Source: Lytechinus pictus
Lineage: Eukaryota
Reading direction: 5' to 3'
Assembly (NCBI RefSeq): GCF_037042905.1
Contig: NC_087252.1
Span: forward strand, 32,550,001-32,614,000
Length of the DNA stretch: 64,000 nt
Below are positions 62,978 to 64,000 of the stretch, in pieces (the first letter of the stretch is position 1; each line of letters opens with the position of its first letter). The notes below the pieces were generated by a model that worked only from the letters and a program-made list of their open reading frames with translations, was not told the DNA's origin and made no database searches. A program made the position numbers and the translations under genes.

Positions 62978-63183
62978 AAGGTCACATATTGCATTATTCC
63001 TCTTTTCATTGCATTTGATGAATATTTTCTATGAAGTACATGTATGATTGAATCAATCATGATTTTGAAATTCCACTTGGTTGAATACTGTTATGGACAT
63101 TGCTTTTAATCAGAAATATTTTTTTTTTCAGTTAGTATTCTATGCCATAGGAGTTGCTTTCTTCATTGCATTTTGTTGTCCAG

Positions 63184-63338
63184 GGGCCTGTTGCATAAAA
63201 CTTTTTACCTGAAAAAACTCTGGTAAAAACTGAAAACTAAGGTTAGTCTGATTTCTGCCATTGACTTTAACACAGGGCAAAAACTCCGGTAAAAACAACC
63301 TGAGTTTTCTCAGGTAAAAAGTTTTATGCAACGGGCCC
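63184..63338. mobile_element. Harbinger-like MITE, CAG TSD
   Basis: GGGCCTGTTGCATAAAACTTTTTACCTG / CAGGTAAAAAGTTTTATGCAACGGGCCC. CAG at 63181-63183 and 63339-63341. Confidence 0.92.
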
Positions 63339-63729
63339 CAGATTGGAGAGTTCAGTAGATGCATACTTATTTGAGAAGACTTTGTATTTAGATGGGATAT
63401 GAGAGCGGGATGAAGATGGAGACAAAGACAAAAAGAGAATTTTTAAAAAGTATTATTGTGAGAGGCTCTGCGAAAGAATTAATAAAGGAGAAAAGCCAAA
63501 ATGGAGGATGTAGGTCTATTTGATTGAAGGAATGATGTGCTCTTAAGAAATGATAAAGGACAATGATCAAGAGATGAAGTGAAGACAGAAGAGGGGAGGA
63601 ATTAAAAATGAATAGCATAATTTAAAGAGAGAGAGAGAGAAAAGAAAACAGCAAATTAAATGAAGATCAAAATGTGCAGGAATGAGAAATTCTCTTTCAG
63701 GTTATGTGATTGTTATTTCTGTTACCCCC

Positions 63730-63911
63730 CTTCATCATCAGTCCCCTCATTTGCATACCGACCAGGATGTACAACTGTTTTGTTGGATTATGCAAAACCT
63801 GAAAATATCAAACTTTATTATTTCATATCCGAGTTTGATGAAATTTTCACCCTTAAGCCGGTTTTATTTTTCTGTGTTTTGGAATATGCTCGGGGTGGAC
63901 ATCCCTTTTAA
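63730..63911. mobile_element. Degenerate right end of Kolobok family A
   Basis: CCTCATTTGCATACCGACCAGGATGT, TTTGATGAAATTTTCA and GGGGTGGAC..CCTTTTAA. Confidence 0.75.
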
Positions 63912-64000
63912 TAGTGGTTTCTTTTTCCAATATTTGGTCTGGTTTCGGAGACTAAGCAGTGATTCAGACAAAAGCAGATGGCGAAACAATGTTTCCCCCG

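Noticed and set aside
1-64000. ORF track entries as protein-coding genes
   Set aside because: All are 60-177 aa, many start at TTG/GTG, many lie in repeats or low-complexity DNA, and none has a recognisable domain.

Overview
This is not a prokaryotic window. It is AT-rich, repeat-dense animal DNA, probably from an invertebrate deuterostome such as a sea urchin. That assignment is inferred from the SINE and Tsp/HINE-like repeats, the many poly-G runs and the TACATGTA excess; I cannot confirm the species. No ORF in the track looks like a real protein, and I found no transposase, rRNA, true tRNA or CRISPR array. The window is best read as the 5'/intronic part of a large plus-strand gene that I cannot identify. 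It has CpG-rich promoter-like blocks (about 12.5-16.2 kb and 44.3 kb) and several candidate short exons. Two of these have both splice sites and look non-coding (3528-4112, 27117-27218). Around them lie many non-autonomous elements: at least five TTAA-flanked Kolobok-type MITE families, many 3-bp-TSD Harbinger-like MITEs, a hAT MITE, tRNA-derived SINEs, two Helentron/HINE-like elements with internal tandem arrays, and minisatellites, several of them nested. The most interesting signals are: (1) a fixed-spacing bipartite motif, ATAACT-N24-T(G/C)AAA, shared by four Kolobok-type families and the unrelated HINE repeat unit; (2) three-site compensatory change in the HINE inverted repeats; (3) arrays of nuclear-receptor elements carried by the HINE; (4) a strong excess of TA-flanked 8-bp palindromes that may be transposon excision scars. 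All coordinates were read by eye and may be off by a few bases.
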